A stretch of 64,000 bases of DNA from Octopus vulgaris (Eukaryota). Positions 12,171-23,577 of this stretch are shown here, piece by piece; the stretch's first letter is position 1, and each line of letters begins with the position of its first letter. Under the pieces are notes generated by a model that was not told the DNA's origin, did not search any database, and was given only the letters and a program-made list of their open reading frames with translations. The stretch covers positions 39,928,001-39,992,000 of the forward strand of contig OX597820.1 in assembly GCA_951406725.2 (NCBI GenBank), written 5' to 3'. Made by a program: the position numbers and the translations under genes.

Positions 12171-12469
12171 GAAGAGAAGAGAGAGAAAAAGAGGAACAAA
12201 GGAATTAAGGAGGGGAGAAGAGAGAGAGAAAGCGAGAGAGAGTGTGTAACAGTAAATAGACGGAAGAATCAAGGAATGGCGAGAAAAAAAAGAGACACAG
12301 GGACATAGTGAAGTGCGAAGTGAGTAAGAAAGGCAAAGAAATGTGAGAGGGAGTGGGGAGAAAGATTTGAAAAAGTCGTACAAAATTTAGTGAAATGTGT
12401 ACTTACTTATAAGAGAACAAAGTGTACGTACGCCGCTCTCTCTCTCTCTCTATATATATAATAAACTAC

Positions 12470-12725
12470 AAAATGGGACAAGAACACAAAACATCCGGAC
12501 AATTAGTTGATACAAAAGGGGACAACAAACCATCCAGATAGGCGATACAAAAAAAAACACACGGACGGGTCATTCGAAGCCTTTTATCTGCAGTCAAGAA
12601 CCGGATCATCCTCGCAATTTTGGCTGATTAATCTTGAGATTACACCAATCTGGCCAGCCCCAAGGAAAAACTAAGCTACGAGCATTAGATTCCTTCGAAA
12701 AAAAGCATCGAATGTATACGAAACA
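12470..12725 (-). repeat. Interspersed repeat family E
   Basis: Direct copy of 11710-11950. Confidence 0.85.
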
Positions 12726-12819
12726 TCATTCGTAGCTATAATCACACATGGTTGTACGATGTGCACATATCTTACACTTCTCTATGTTGACCCGTGTCTC
12801 CGAATACTTTGACAGCGGT

Positions 12820-13212
12820 GCTAACTAACTATCCGCTCAGTCGAAATCGACTCTCCGTTACTCGATGAATCAGTGTTCTCCAGCCAGTTCGATCCTGGAT
12901 CGCTTCTTTCAGACTGGCCATGGCCATTCCCGTGTCACTCCTGATGGTGTCAAGCCACCGGGTTCTTGGTCGGCGTCTTCCTCTCTTGCCACTGACCATT
13001 CCGAGCATGACGTTCTTCCCCAGGGATTTTCTCCGCATCGACCAAAATATGTGAATCTATGCTTGGTGATCTTAGCTTCTAGCGACATTTTCGGCTTGAT
13101 CTGGGTAAGAACTTCTCCATTGGTGAGTCTCGCTGTACATGGAATCCGTAAAAGTCATCTCCAACACAAAAGCTCGAATGCATTAATTCTCTTCTGGTCA
13201 GCTTTCTGGTCA
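12820..13212 (-). mobile_element. RTE-clade LINE 3' fragment
   Basis: KRINAFELLCWRR, LGMVSGKRGRRRPRTRWLD, DRTGWR motifs. Short TAGT tail. Confidence 0.85.
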
Positions 13213-13544
13213 GCGGGGCACCTCTGTAAAATGTATTTATGAATAAGTAGAGTTTGTATACGTATGCAAACTTTATAAACGATGTAGAGATGTCCACACC
13301 TGCAGATAGCCTCACATTTGGAAACAGTCTTCGTTTTGTGGGATAAAAAGATTGAGAAAGAGATACAGATACTGATGGGGTGAAAAAACGACAAATTAAG
13401 ACAGTTTTTGCGAGAGAAAAATTAAAAAGGTTAAATATGGTGATAGAAGAAATACAATTAAAATGTAAAGAAGGAAATGAAAGAAGGGTAAGCAAATGTT
13501 CTGATTATTTAGAATATTCTTTTATTCTTATATTATTTTTTTTA

Positions 13545-13759
13545 CTTGTTTCAATCATTTTGACTGCGGCCATGCTAGAGCACCACTTTTAGTCGAACAA
13601 ATCGAACTCAGGACTTATTCTTTGTAAGTCTAGTACTTATTCTATCGGGCTCTTTGGTCGAACCGCTAAGTTTCGGGGTCGTAAACATACCAACTTCTGT
13701 TGTCAAGCGACGTTAGTGGGGGCGGACAAACACAAATGCATACATACATATATGTATAC

Positions 13760-13819
<60 letters not shown>

Positions 13820-13965
13820 GACAGGCTTCTTTCAGTTTCCGTCTACCATATCCACTCAAAAGGCCTTGGTCGTGCCGAAGCTATAACAGAAGACACTTGC
13901 CCAAGTTGCCACGTGGTTGGAAACCATTTGGTTGGGCAGCAGGCATTTTACCACACAGCCACTTC
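13545..13965 (-). mobile_element. SINE family A
   Basis: Full-length match to the family consensus. Confidence 0.88.
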
Positions 13966-15483
13966 TGCAGTATATTTTAAAAAATTGTATCTATTGGTTT
14001 ATGAAATTGTGTACGCGATGCATTATTATCTCTAATCTGGAGGTCAGAGTATATGAAGGTGATGGTTGTGGGTTGCAGCTATCAACATGTTGGCGATATA
14101 TATCGCCAGACTTGCATCAAAGTTTGTCCTCTCTTATTGGTTAATCACTTCATTAGTTTTTTTTTTCCTAACAAGGTTAAGTAAACATCTTGAACAATTT
14201 ATAAGACTACTCAATGTTTTTACTGGCTGGATATTGTTGTCGCTTTAGTTGTCTATCCTGTAATTCAGATGTAATCGGGCAGAACGTTGATCAGACTTAT
14301 TCGAACCATAATTATATTATGTTATTGATATAAAAAAATTATACTATTTGTGTGCATACATCGTTACAGCTAAATACACACTGATATGAGGGAGATTTGT
14401 TTGTTATCCCTAGCAAAGTATGCAACCACATATAGAATCGCCCACTGCATGTATAGATAAAAACTGATGGTTAGGAAACTACTTATCGTCTATAAATCTA
14501 ATAAAACCCCTAATGAAGACAGCGATTTCGTGAGCGATCTAGTATTTGCGAGAGTCCTTCGTCACTTGGAAGAAATTTTGGCGCAATATCTTTCCAGGGT
14601 CTTTGAATATATTTTGAAGATGTACTCATCTAGAAAACAGCTTGTTTTTAAAAAAGGATGGGAGAAAACCAAATCACGCGACAAACATATTCACATGCGT
14701 GCTCGCATACATGCATAAAAATGAAAGTGTGCAACCACACCTACATATAGATACAGATACACAAGCGCAAACGAACACACACACACACACAAATGCAAAC
14801 ACGTACAAGTAAAAGCATGCACTCACACTTTCAAAGGATGTTTTCGAATACGTTGCGACAACTCAGATGCGGAATATCTATCTCATTACAAATCTCGCTC
14901 TTTTCATCACTATGAACAATCGGGCATACAATAGCAATTTTGAACACACACACACATAAACGCATATATATATATATATATGTGTGTGTGTATGTATGTA
15001 TATATGCATGTACGTATGTATGTATGTATGTATGTATGAATGTATGTATGTGTGTGTGTGTGCGTGTTTAAATATACATAGCTTGTGGACATGCATGTGT
15101 GCGTACTGTTGCATAAAATGTATGGTCATCTATGTGCATTGATTGAATGGATTAAGAACATACCATCAGTTGGAATCCCTGTTTGCGCAGCCTTTACCGA
15201 TCTATTATTATTCTCAATGGAGAAACTGAGGTTAGCGAGAAGGGAAAGACGAACAGTTCCTCAAACAATATAGTATTATTTAATTTGAAACAATAGGAAG
15301 AGAAAAGACCCAGGAGGCAGAGTCATTGGATTTCTAGAGAAGCAAGGCCATTTATTCAGCCAGTCCGGAATATCTGTCAAAATAACAAGATATTGTAAAC
15401 GTACTAGTATCTCATGTTGGTATTATTGAGAAACTAATGAGATTTTAGTCAGTTAACAAATGCATTACACATGGATAATGTAA

Positions 15484-15524
<41 letters not shown>

Positions 15525-15739
15525 ATATAGTAGTGGTAATTTTAAAAGGAATATTCTTAGGAGCATGATGATATCGTTTCCAGTGCCGTATAGTGTGTCT
15601 AGTTATTTCACTTTGGGTCATAAAGGGGAATATCGATTCTACCTATATAGAGTGGAAAACTGACGTGCAACCAAATACCAGTATCGTATTCATACTACGA
15701 AAGAAAGTGAGAGCATCGACTAGAAACATTATTATTATT

Positions 15740-16310
15740 AAGGCGGCGAGCTGGCAGAATCGCTAGCATGCCGGGCGAAATTCTTAGCGGTATTTCGTCT
15801 GCCGCTACGTTCTGAGTTCAAATTCCGCCGAGATCGACTTTGCCTTTCATACATTCGGGGTCGATTAAATAAGTACCAGTTACGCACTGGGGTTGATATA
15901 ATCGACTTAATCCGTTTGTCTGTTCTTGTTTGTCCCTTCTGTGTTTAGCCTCTTGTGGGTAGTAAAGAAATAGGTATTTCGTTCGTGCTTACATTCCGAG
16001 TTCAAATTCAACCGAGGTCGGTTTTGCCTTTCGGAGTCAATTAAATAAGTACCAGTTACGCACTGGAGTTAATGTAATCGACTAGCTCCCTCCCACCAAA
16101 TTTTAGGCTTTGTGCCTATAGTATAAAGGAATATTAAGTCGGCTAGCTATAAGAAGCATTAGCACACCGGACAAAATGCTTAGCGACATTTCCTCCGTAT
16201 TTATGTTCTGGAGTTCAAATTCCGCTGAGGTCGATTTTGCCTTTCATCCATTCGGGTCGATAAAAAGAGTAGTACTTGAGCATTGGGGCCGATGTAATCG
16301 ACTTACCAAA
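15740..16310 (+). mobile_element. SINE family B, three tandem/degenerate units
   Basis: Head AAGGCGGCGAGCTGGCAGAA. Repeated GAGTTCAAATTC..GAGGTCG..TTTGCCTTTC. Confidence 0.85.
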
Positions 16311-16314
16311 ATTT

Positions 16315-16925
16315 GGACTGCTATGATAAACCCTTCTGCTTCTGATTTTAAGCCATAAGACTCTGACCAGTGATGGGTAAGGGCTTTGTCAATTTCGGCA
16401 CAATTAGCTCTCTTTGGATATTTATTATTGAGAGGTTTATCTTGCCATTTGTCAGTAAGAATATCTAAGGCAACAATCTTAGCTCGAATTTTCATGCGCT
16501 TAGGTTTTCTGTGATTGTTTCTAGTACGTCTAAGTCTGGAATTTGCTGTATTTGGAATATGCCTATTGTCTCTTTGTCACAGGTTTCTGGAATTTGGCTT
16601 TGAAGCCAATATTTTTCTCACTCACCGCAGGTACTCTCTTTTTGTTTTTTCCTTCATGTCGTGGTGTTTAATTCCGTCTGCCTCAAGCATTCCTAGGTAT
16701 TTATAGCTGGACTGAGGTTGAATTCACTTCATCGTTTCACCACTTGGCGACCATATGCCTTCTGTCTTGGCAAGATTTCCACGTCTCATCACCATCGTAG
16801 TACAATTTGAGATTCCAATCTCCATCTTAATATCATTGGAGAAAATCCCCAGACTGAATTAGGCTGATCAATTCTGCCTCAGATTTTGTGAACAGCTTCA
16901 AGTCGTCTATGAATAGCAGCGGTTC
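16315..16925 (-). mobile_element. R4/Dong-like (restriction-like endonuclease) LINE fragment
   Basis: LLFIDDLKL, SYKYLG, WQDKPL...GLKSEAEGFIIA motifs. Near (TAT)n at 17013-17080. Confidence 0.75.
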
Positions 16926-17010
16926 AGTTTTCCCTTGCCTCTACCCAGATCATACCCCAACTTTGTTTTCTATAGTATTTCACTCGAGGGGACCATTCCC
17001 AGCACGATAC

Positions 17011-17082
<72 letters not shown>

Positions 17083-17769
17083 GTTATATTCTAATATGAT
17101 TAAATTACTGGCGAGTAAAATGATGATTGTTGTAGGAATTTATTATGTTTAACAGCGAGGATTGTCAGAAAACTAACTAAAAATAATTTTGCGATGAAGG
17201 AAAAGAAAGAAACAATATTAAAGATTGACTGATGGTATTTTAATTATTTCGGCAATTACAAGAGAACATCTCAAGATAACTTGTCTTCCGTAATTTCCGA
17301 AATAATTAAAACAATATTACTCATTAGATTTTTCTTTACAGCAAAATTATTTCTTGTTTGCCTTCTGATACCCCTATATAATGTTTTAACACTAACGTAA
17401 TTGTTTATTATAATTTTATATGGAAGCTGAACAAATACGAGTGTTATATTAGCTAAAAACAAAAAGGAACTCATTCCAGCAACAGAATCCATAAATGAGA
17501 CAGTTTTTAAGTTTTCATTTGAATGTTTTTTATTTTATTTTCAGTCTTATATTTTACTGGTTTCAGCCAGCGGATGAGCCCATACTGCTGCACCGCCTTT
17601 TAGCGTGAGTGTTTTTCGCTTTCTTATACTGCTTCTGGCAAAGTAGAAAATCGCAGGGAGCTGCTCTTCTTTGTAGTACATGCCACAGAGTGGGTTTATC
17701 CGGTAGTTCAGATGAAAACTTGTCCAGACTTGTTTTTGAAGACTTCCACAGCTACACTTCTCAAATCCG

Positions 17770-17905
17770 CATCGTTCATCTTATAATCTTCAGCAGAGTT
17801 ATGGGCCTAAACTTGTCTATCTGGTTTCCCTATGTTCGGGAAATTTCTCAGCAACACCACCACGCCACGGCATACAGCACTGGGGATTCTCCCGTTCAGC
17901 TGCTA
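17770..17905 (-). mobile_element. L1/Tx1-type LINE RT fragment
   Basis: NGRIPSAVCRGVVVLLR...DKFRPITLL across a frameshift. Confidence 0.55.
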
Positions 17906-18094
17906 AATTTTGTCAACAATAACTTTAAACCTCATGCTCTCCAATGCTGTCGACAATTACATTAATCTGTTCCTAAAAAGGGAGGCATAAAATTTGCCAG
18001 ATTTTACCCCCAAACCCTGTGCGTATATCTATATCTATAACTATATCTATCTACACACACACGCGCGAACACAGACACACACACACACGCATTA

Positions 18095-18472
18095 TTTTAC
18101 TTGCTTCAGTCATTTAGCTGCGGCCATGCTGAAGCATAGTTTTAATCGAACAAATCGACCTCGGGACTCATTATTTGTAAGCCTAGTACTTATTCAATCG
18201 GTATCTTTTTCGAACCCGCTAAGTAAGGAGTAAGTAAACACAAACATCGGCTGAGTGCGATGGTGGGGGTCAAGCACACACTCACATACATGCACACACA
18301 CACGGATAGATACATACGACGGGCTTCTTTGAGCTTCTGTCTACCAAATTCACTCATAGGGCTTTGGTGGGCCCGAAGCTACAGTTGAAGACACTGGCCC
18401 AAGGTGCTACGGTTTGGGAGTGAACCCGGAACCATGTGGTTGGGAAGCAAGTTTCTTACCACACAGCCACGC
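18095..18472 (-). mobile_element. SINE family A
   Basis: Match to consensus. Head interrupted at ~18472. Confidence 0.85.
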
Positions 18473-18477
18473 TACGA

Positions 18478-18989
18478 TATATAGCCGCCCCTCGGGCGGC
18501 ATTCACGCTAGCTCATGCTGAGGGCACCTTTGAGGCATTCAAGCCTACCATCAGGCCACTTCGCGGCCCTCTACCCTTGTGTAATGAGACTTATTTCTGC
18601 AAATGTGTTAAGCACAAGTGCTGATCATAGTTTTCTCAATAAGCGTAGGAGCGAGGTAAATGCAGTAAAAATAGGGGGTGGGTTCAGTTGGGCCTCATTT
18701 AAGAGGCCCTTCAGAAATTGAACCTCCCTCTGGCACTCCCTGAGAATTCATGGCGTCAAATTCTTTGTCATTGCTCCGATTTGGTCGCCACGCATGTATT
18801 TAGTTTAAAATGCAGTGAAAATCGGGAAATCAGTGTGGCACCAATTAGGCGGCCTTTAAAAAAATAACCCCCCTTAGGACATTCCCTGGGATTAGGGGAG
18901 TTGCTGGTTTGAGTTTTGTCGTCCTAGTACCATCGGTCTAGGAGGTGTTAACGAACATAAAAACGTAACGGACAGAGAAACACCACTCA

Positions 18990-18995
<6 letters not shown>
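18478..18995 (-). mobile_element. Helitron/Helentron-like non-autonomous element
   Basis: Terminal perfect hairpin GCCGCCC-CTC-GGGCGGC (18484-18500). Internal diverged subrepeats (AAATGCAGT.AAAAT.GGG). Opposite end GACAGA..TTTATATA resembles the 45.3-kb and 59.2-kb elements. Confidence 0.5.
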
Positions 18996-19044
<49 letters not shown>

Positions 19045-19162
19045 CTTGTTTAAATTATCTCTGAGATATTTATAGAAATATTATAGTAATCACTGATTTC
19101 TGTTATGGCGTTTCGTATCCAAGATGCCAGATGCAAAGAAACAGTGAGATCAAAGATGAAAA

Positions 19163-19221
19163 ATGAGTAATGAGCCTAGGCGCCTTATTTCAGGACTTTT
19201 TGCTCCTTCATCAGCACCCAT
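19163..19221 (-). ncRNA. Degenerate type I hammerhead motif
   Basis: ATGGGTG-CTGATGA-AGGA(GCAAAAAG)TCCT-GAAA-T..AGGCGCCT..ATT-ACTCAT. Cleavage register is off by one. Confidence 0.4.
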
Positions 19222-19919
19222 CTAACCTATTAATCATCTACAGAATATCGAAAGAGACAGTTTTTACAATTGATGTAAAGAGGACTACTAACACAGTTGA
19301 ACAAAATATTGACTTAATATCGTATATTATGGTAGCAAAACGTTTACTATACTTTACCATATATTATGGTTGTATAACGAAATACCTTGTGCCTACCAAT
19401 CATTAACATACATAGATATATACATGCATACCTACACTCTTACATATGAAGACTAGTGTAAAATATGGTACCAAATTTATAGAAGGAAAATAAATATATA
19501 TGAATACACACACACATGTATGTATTCATTGAATATTATAATACTCATTTCTTTTTTCTCACGGTTTTGATGGTAGGTTCATTTCTAATATAATGACAGT
19601 TTCAATAGGTGTGAATTTTTTTGTCGTCATAGGTTGTGTTACTCAAAGATGGCTACATGATAGAATAGTAAATTCAAACTAACTGTCATTTATTTCCCAA
19701 ATAAAAATAATAGAGTTTGCTAATTATCACTTATTACTGCTTGGCAGATGAAACCGTCTGAAACACAAGTGGATATATTTTGCAAATATATCTCCAAAAT
19801 ATGATTTTAGTGGCTTAAAAGCTAATATGCCCATTTTCTCTTTATATTTACTCGGATACTTAAGAAACCTTTGTTATTTTCGCACAAAGTCAGCAAATAT
19901 GATAGTGGGGAAGTCGGTA

Positions 19920-20270
19920 CATAACTGGTACTTATTTAGTACATATCTGGTACTTATTTACTAGATTCTGAAAGAATTAAAAGCAAATTCGACCTCGGTG
20001 GAAGTTGAACTCAGAACGTAGCGGCAGACGAAATACCTATTTCTTCATTACACACACGGGGCTAAACACAGAGGGGACAAACAACGACAGACATAGGTGT
20101 TAAGTCGATTAAATCGACCCCAGTGCGTAACTGGTACTTAATTTATCGACCCCGGAAGGATGAAAGGCAAAGTCGACCTCGGCGGAATTTGAACTCAGAA
20201 CGTAACGGGAGACCAAATACGGCTACGCATTTCGCCCGGCGTGCTAACGTTTCTGCCAGCTCACCGCCTT
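19920..20270 (-). mobile_element. SINE family B dimer
   Basis: Match to 10640-11060. Confidence 0.88.
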
Positions 20271-20869
20271 AAGATATTTAATTACGAAAACATTTCATTA
20301 AATATTCATAAAATTATTTTAAAGGCGAGCGAAATAGGGAATGTAACACAAAATAGACCTCCAAGTGTATTTAGTTATACAATAAACAGCAATGACTAAT
20401 TCAAACAAAAAAGCACACCATTGACTCAGGATGGCACAAGCTTGGAATAAAATATATCTACATCGTTCCCTATTTTAAACTAAGTTGATGTATACAGTAC
20501 TATATTTAAGAGATGAGGAATTATGTGCATTATTTACATTATTTACATTCAACGAATATGTGTCCTCATCTTGTTTGTTGTTAACACAAAGTCTCGGCTG
20601 ATATCCCCTCCAGCCTTCTTCAGGTATCTTGGGGAAATTTCGAACCAAAGTTTTTTTTTATATTATTATTATTATCATTGTTTTTGTTGTTGTTCAGGTC
20701 ACTGCTTGGAATTGAACTCGGAATCTTGGGGTTAGTAGCCTGCGCTGAACCACTACGCTATATGCCCGTGGGCAATTATGTAGTGAATTTTAGAAGAGAA
20801 TATGACTAAAGACTGCGTGTACTCCATTCCATGCAGCTGTGGTAGGTTATACAAAGGCGAAACATGCCC

Positions 20870-21130
20870 CCCCTCTCAAAATAAGGATAGACGAACATCG
20901 CAAAGCTGTGACACGAGGAGATATTGATAAATCGAGTATAGCTGATCATGTATGGAAAAATGGAGACCACATCCCCACGTGGAATGAAGTTAGAACAATA
21001 GGCAGAGAACACCACTGGAAAATACGAAAACTAAAAGAAGCAGCGCATATGCTAGGACATAACAACCTTCTAAGCAGACAGAGTGCAGATATGAGCAGCA
21101 TATGGGAACCGGTATTGAGGAAGGATAGAA
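20870..21130 (+). pseudogene. Penelope GIY-YIG endonuclease C-terminal fragment
   Basis: PLKIRIDEHRKAV...KSSIADHVW...RKLKEAAHM. Confidence 0.8.
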
Positions 21131-21175
21131 AAAATATTAGATTTATATGCCCTAATACACTCCATAACAGCCCAC

Positions 21176-21248
21176 GAGCATATGGCGTAGTGATTAAGAG
21201 CGCAGGCTACTAACCCCAAAATTCCGATTTCGATTCCAAGCAGTGACC
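21176..21248 (+). promoter_or_regulatory. tRNA-derived segment (Pol III A/B boxes) inside the pseudo-LTR
   Basis: A box TGGCGTAGTG, anticodon-like arm GGCTACTAACC, B box GATTTCGATTCC (GAGTTCAATTCC in the inverted copy). Confidence 0.65.
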
Positions 21249-21313
21249 TGAACAATAATAATAATATAAAAACATACCTTAGGAATGAGAACCCAGGTTT
21301 GAAATTTCCCCAA

Positions 21314-21359
21314 GACACCTGAAGAAGGCTGGCGGGTGTATCAGCCGAAACATTGTGTT
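21314..21359 (+). ncRNA. Minimal type I hammerhead motif (Penelope pLTR), mutated stem III
   Basis: GACAC-CTGAAGA-A-GGCTG..CAGCC-GAAAC-ATT-GTGTT. Second mutated copy on the - strand at ~20583-20628. Confidence 0.65.
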
Positions 21360-22286
21360 AACAACAAACAAGACGAGGAAAAATATCCGTTGAATGTAAA
21401 TAATGTATGTTGGTCTTTTCTAATTTGGCCGAACGAAATTAAGCGAACACGAAACACTGAATTTAGTTTTAAATGTGGAATCATTTAAAAATATTACACT
21501 CAACGAAACGGACAGTTTATATACTACCAGTACACACATGTGACTTTGCAATCAGAAACCTGTGTCTTATCAGATCTATTTTTGAATAAGATAAATATAT
21601 TCTTCGTACTCATAAGTAAATTCCGTAACAATATATCAAAGTATTTCTTGAAATCTTCTTCTCGTTTACACCATTTTACAGTGATACATCGTTTCTTATC
21701 TATATAAGGAGCCGATGCTGTGAAGTCCACTTTGAATTATATCTATATCTATATTTCAGCGCATCACAAGGAGTTGCAAGCTGTTTGCTGAATATTTTCA
21801 AGATTGTTTATTTTCGATTACATATATGCATTCACTTATTGGGATTTTTCCCGTTGTGAATATTTGTTCATGAATCATATACATCTACGGAAAACTGTTT
21901 TATATTGTCACACAGGAATTTTGAATCTGATAAATGATGTAAAGCAAAAATACAATCTTCCTTTTAGGTAAGGAAATAAAACAGTTGTTTTTATCTTTTC
22001 TTTCGCTTGTTTCAGTCATTGGAGCGATTTAGTCGAACTAATCGAACACTGGCACTTTTATTCAATCGGTGTCTTTTGCCGAACCAATAATTTTTGTGGG
22101 GACGTATGCAAACCATGAGTGGTTGTCAAGCGGTAATAGAGAAGAGAAACCTCAAAGACACACGAAGATGCACTCACAAATGCATACATACATATACACA
22201 TACATACATACATACATACATACATACATACATACATACATGCATGCATGCATACATACATACATACACACATACATACATATATA

Positions 22287-22320
<34 letters not shown>

Positions 22321-22334
22321 TTTTTTCTTTTAAT

Positions 22335-22680
22335 CTTTTACTTGTTTCAGTCGTTTGTCTGCAGTCGTCCTGGAGCACCGACTTTAATCGAACAAATCAA
22401 ACCTAGAACTAATTCTTTGTAAGACTAGTACTTATTTTATCGTGCTTTTTTGCTGAACCACTAAGTTACGGGGGAGTAAACAAACCAACATCGGTTGTCA
22501 AGTGATGGTGAGGGGAGCAAACACTGATACACACACGCATATATATATATATATATATATACGAAGTGCTTCTTTCAGTTTCCATGTACCAAGTCCACTC
22601 ACTAGACTGTACTAGAATACACTTCCGCAAGGTGCCACGCAGTGGGACTGAACCCTGAGATATGTGGCTGGGAAGCTTCT
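22335..22680 (-). mobile_element. SINE family A
   Basis: Match to consensus. A degenerate tail copy also lies at ~22005-22135. Confidence 0.8.
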
Positions 22681-22695
22681 TTATAACACACACAC

Positions 22696-22758
<63 letters not shown>

Positions 22759-22782
22759 CACATACATTTATATATGTATATA

Positions 22783-22878
<96 letters not shown>

Positions 22879-23113
22879 TACATTCATAGATGCATATATA
22901 TATATGCACATATATCTATACATACATTATATATATATATATATATATATATATAACATAAGGGACGTTAGCCATCTGAATGTGGCTAGGGACAGGGCAG
23001 GGCGGTGGGGGTATTACTGATGCATTTAGCCCCAGGCGATCATCAACGTCGCCAGGAGGGCTGACGCCATCACGGCGTCCTCTAGCCTGCAAAGGGAGAT
23101 CATTCCCCGAAGA

Positions 23114-23181
23114 AGCGGATGCCACATACGGACCTAGGTTTCAAGGTGCTTGCCTATTATCAACGTATGGCAGGCACCGCT
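23114..23181 (-). ncRNA. Type I hammerhead ribozyme, U3-A8 core (copy 1)
   Basis: CATACG-TTGATAA-T-AGG(CAAGCA)CCT-T-GAAA-CCTAGG-TC-CGTATG. Predicted cleavage between 23131 and 23130. Confidence 0.8.
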
Positions 23182-23469
23182 ACTCGACGAACGACTCTCT
23201 GTGCAGGCTATATATAAAGATTTTCACAGTAAATACATTTACTGATGTAGAAAATCTGTTCGACAGCAATAATAATTCTCTAAACGAGATATAGACAGTA
23301 ACTGCTCCATAACATAAGGGACGTTAGCCATCTGAATGTGGCTAGGGACAGGGCAGGGCGGTGGGGGTGTTACTGATGCATTTAGCCCCAGGCGATCATC
23401 GACGTCACTAGGAGGGCTGATGCCATCACGGCGTCCTCTAGCCTGCAAAGGGAGATCATTCCCCGAAGA

Positions 23470-23537
23470 AGCGGATGCCACATACGGACCTAGGTTTCAA
23501 GGTGTTTGCCTATTATCAACGTATGGCAGGCACCGCT
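23470..23537 (-). ncRNA. Type I hammerhead ribozyme, U3-A8 core (copy 2)
   Basis: Same as copy 1 with loop 2 CAAACA. Predicted cleavage between 23487 and 23486. Confidence 0.8.
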
Positions 23538-23577
23538 ACTCGACGAACGACTCTCTGTGCAGGCTATATATAAAGAT

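Larger units (their letters stand above)
20535..21407 (+). mobile_element. Penelope-like retroelement, truncated, with inverted pseudo-LTRs
   Basis: Arms 20535-20793 (-) and 21152-21407 (+) are inverted copies flanking a GIY-YIG C-terminal remnant. Confidence 0.85.

Noticed and set aside
21176-21248. Functional tRNA gene (also SINE heads at 48945-49018 and elsewhere)
   Set aside because: Poor acceptor stems and embedded in repeats, so tRNA-derived only.
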